Source: Lama glama (Eukaryota). From it: a DNA stretch of 64,000 nt. A model generated the notes under the pieces. That model had not been told where the DNA came from, did not search any database, and was given only the letters and a program-made list of their open reading frames with translations. Position numbers and translations under genes: made by a program. The DNA lies in contig CM052818.1 of assembly GCA_028534125.1 (NCBI GenBank), positions 27,158,001 through 27,222,000 on the forward strand, in the 5' to 3' direction. Positions 61,502 to 64,000 of this stretch are shown piece after piece (position 1 is the first letter of the stretch; every line of letters starts with the position of its first letter).

Positions 61502-63404
61502 GTACCGGGGAGAACCCATCAACGAAGGGAGGGAACCCTGAGCTAAGAAGCGATTTTTGATTGTGGCCCTAAGTGATGGGTTGTTGGAATTTACTTTTTC
61601 CTGCACTTTCTGGTTATATAGGCTTAACAATTAGCTCCTGAGGAAAGAAGAAAGTATATGTAATCTGAAGCAGATGGACTGTGTTAGCTGGGAAGATTTT
61701 TTTCAATATATGCAAATTTTCCAAGATAAGCAGTGTTAAAACAGTACAGTGGGTTACTAAAGGAGGGTTATTGCCTACACTGGAATCAGAAAAAAATACC
61801 ATGAATTTTCTTCTTTCCTTAGATTTAGCCAGACATGGGCAAACTGTATCTTTACGTAAATATCTAGTTTTTCTAAAACCTATGTGAAAAAGCATTAGCA
61901 CTTATTAGAAGTCCATGTTGTGCACCCCAGAGAGAAGTGAGCATTATTCCTGTGGAATGCTCTAATAATGTCAACCCTGTATTCATCTGAAACCAGTTGA
62001 GTCAGCATTCTCATTTTCTGAATACTCTTCCCACTTGTGCTGTATTGTCAAAACGTGGTGCGAGAACTTCTTCCTGAAATCAAGTGTTCCATGGCTGCTG
62101 GGACTGTGAGTTCTACCACACTGTATTTTTAGGCTGGAAAGATGAGGTCAGTAAAGATACATTATGGCAAGGTTGGGAGGTTAAAAATGTGTCATTTTGA
62201 TGCTCCTTAGTCATATTTGTGGTTGAATAGTCCTAACCTTGGAAAGCACATGGTGCTTATAAAGCACGATAGTAAGTTAGAGGGCTGAAGGTGGTAGAGC
62301 CTGATTTTCCAGGGGAAGATGTGACCCTGGGCATTTGTTGTCTCCTCCGTAATCTGCCCAAAAGCCATAAGCTAACCCTGTTTTTAAGACTGAAACAGAG
62401 TCTGTAGCCTCTTTCAGTGTCTCATTTTCCTTTTTAAAATGCCTATTTTGAACTCTTCTTACTGGTTAACTCAACCTCCACTCCAAGTTTACGTCTGTTT
62501 TCACTTAGTACAAATGTTACACGTTAAGCTTGCTGATGCATATCGTATTTTTTTCTAATAGTTTTTTAAAAACTCTTAGGTCCAGAGTAATTCTTCTAGT
62601 TTTCCTTAAAATTTCACTGAGTTCTATGTTCTTCTTAATTTTTGGAATCTGTAACAGGGCAAGAAACTGCTGTAAGATTTGAGCAACCCAGTGTGTGACA
62701 GTAGATCATTGATTCAAAGGCAGATACGTTTCTGAAATTGTCTTGCTTTCATGCAGCTTTTTTTGTTTTGAGTTTCTACATATAAGGTCATTTTTTAATA
62801 CCCACTTATCTCTCATTGAATTAATATATGAAATTCTTTGTCTGCTGTTGAAGGAAAATTTTGCTGCCATAGAGGTAGTATCTTACTTTGCATGTAAGTT
62901 TTGTACACTGTTGTATTTTCTAAACTTTGTGTCAATTTCATTACGTAGCTTTAGACTGAGCACTTGCACGTGGTATATGGTAAACTTTCTGTCACCGGCT
63001 TCTTTTTAAGTATAGCTAGGATCTGGTTCTGACATGTGTGAAGTAGCTCATACGTGCATTTGTGGCACCATTTCTTGGACATCACAAGAGCTGATAGCGT
63101 CTACTGAATCGGGATGGACTTTTTTTTTTTTTTTTGGTACCCCACGTGGGACACGAAGTGATGGACCTATTACATCATGTTCTGTTTTATTTTGCATTTA
63201 GTTATGTTGTAAATTTTGGGGGGATACACCATGTGTACTCTTACAAATCAAACTAACGATGACTCAACACCCACGTGTGCACGCTGTTGGTTAATGGAGG
63301 ATTTAGCGTACTTCTACTCTGGCTGCTTCCGGTGAGGGCTGCTCTGCAGACGGATGTTTTCTCCTGTGTTCACTTGATTAACAGTGGTTTGTGTGTTTTG
63401 GAAG

Positions 63405-63546
63405 GTGATTGAAGAAATTGAAGAAATGATGCAGGAGTCACCAGACCCAGAAGACGATGAAACGCCCACCCAGTCAGATCGGCTTTCAATGCTTTCCCAG
63501 GAAATTCAGACTCTTAAGAGGTCTAGCACAAGCAGTTACGAAGAGA
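63405..63546 (+). CDS. FEZ2: FEZ2 coding exon 4 (VIEEIEEMMQESPDPEDDETPTQSDRLSMLSQEIQTLKRSSTSSYEE/R)
   Basis: Acceptor ttttggaag|GTG; donor GAGA|gtaaga. 142 nt, in frame with exon 3 (TADQ-VIEEIEEMMQ). Contained in ORF 63384..63686. Confidence 0.96.
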
Positions 63547-63734
63547 GTAAGAAACCTGACTCAGATCGGGGCTCTGTGTGCTCTCGTGTGCCGCACCCAC
63601 GTAGCGGGACGGTCTCCAGGAGTCTTTGCCTCTCGCAGGCTGGGTTGCACGTCCCTCCCCTGCCTCTCACTAGTACTGGGGCATAGCCAGGCAGGCCGTT
63701 GCTCAGGGGCCGCGTCATACTCATCTTTGCCTCC

Positions 63735-64000
63735 TTTGTCTGCCTGGGCGGCTGTAACAGTACCGCAGGCTGGGTGGCTTCCACCATGGAGATGTGTTTC
63801 CTCACAGTTCTGGAGGCTGGAAGTTCGAGATCAAAGTGTCAGCAGGTCTGATTTCTTCTGAGGCCTCTTCTCTGTCCTCATGTGGACTTTCTGTGTGTTC
63901 CTATGTCCTAATCTTATTTTTAAGGGCATTGGTCACATTGGATTAGGGCCCACCCTACCGGCTTCATTTTAACATAGTGATCTCTTTAAAGACACTGTCT
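63735..64000 (-). mobile_element. MLT1A/B LTR in intron 4, cut by the window end
   Basis: tcctcacagttctggaggctggaagttcgagatcaaagtgtcagcagg...cacattggattagggcccaccct. Confidence 0.85.

Noticed and set aside
63547..63686. Read-through tail of ORF 63384..63686 (SKKPDSDRG...)
   Set aside because: Intron 4 sequence after the A|gtaaga donor; FEZ similarity ends at SYEE.
1..64000. CRISPR arrays, prokaryotic operons, NUMT or intact ERV/L1 coding regions
   Set aside because: None seen; the sequence is intron-containing mammalian DNA and all retroelement coding remnants are short and disrupted.

Overview
Mammalian genomic DNA, most likely a camelid (alpaca/vicuna/camel), judged from two Vic-1-type tRNA-Ala-derived SINEs and cetartiodactyl-type L1 3' ends. 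Positions ~1-50,700 are repeat-rich DNA with no recognisable coding exon (L1, L2, MIR, MaLR/ERVL/ERV1 LTRs, Tigger and hAT fossils). A GC-box-rich CpG-island promoter at ~50,700-51,320 precedes the first four coding exons of FEZ2 (fasciculation and elongation protein zeta-2, UNC-76 family) on the + strand: 50874-51127, 55197-55305, 61385-61501, 63405-63546. All have GT-AG boundaries and join in one continuous reading frame; the gene continues past the window. I found no novel protein-coding system, CRISPR array or genuine RNA gene. The most notable sequence-level observations are a probable L1 3' transduction bracketed by a perfect 16-bp target-site duplication, a ~73-bp locally templated insertion inside a younger L1 tail, hints of a distal + strand transcript upstream of FEZ2, an ERV1-type solo LTR ~2.2 kb upstream of the start codon, and several motif clusters that are enhancer candidates. 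Repeat family names come from recalled consensus sequences, not a search, and their boundaries are approximate unless a TSD or TIR is quoted.
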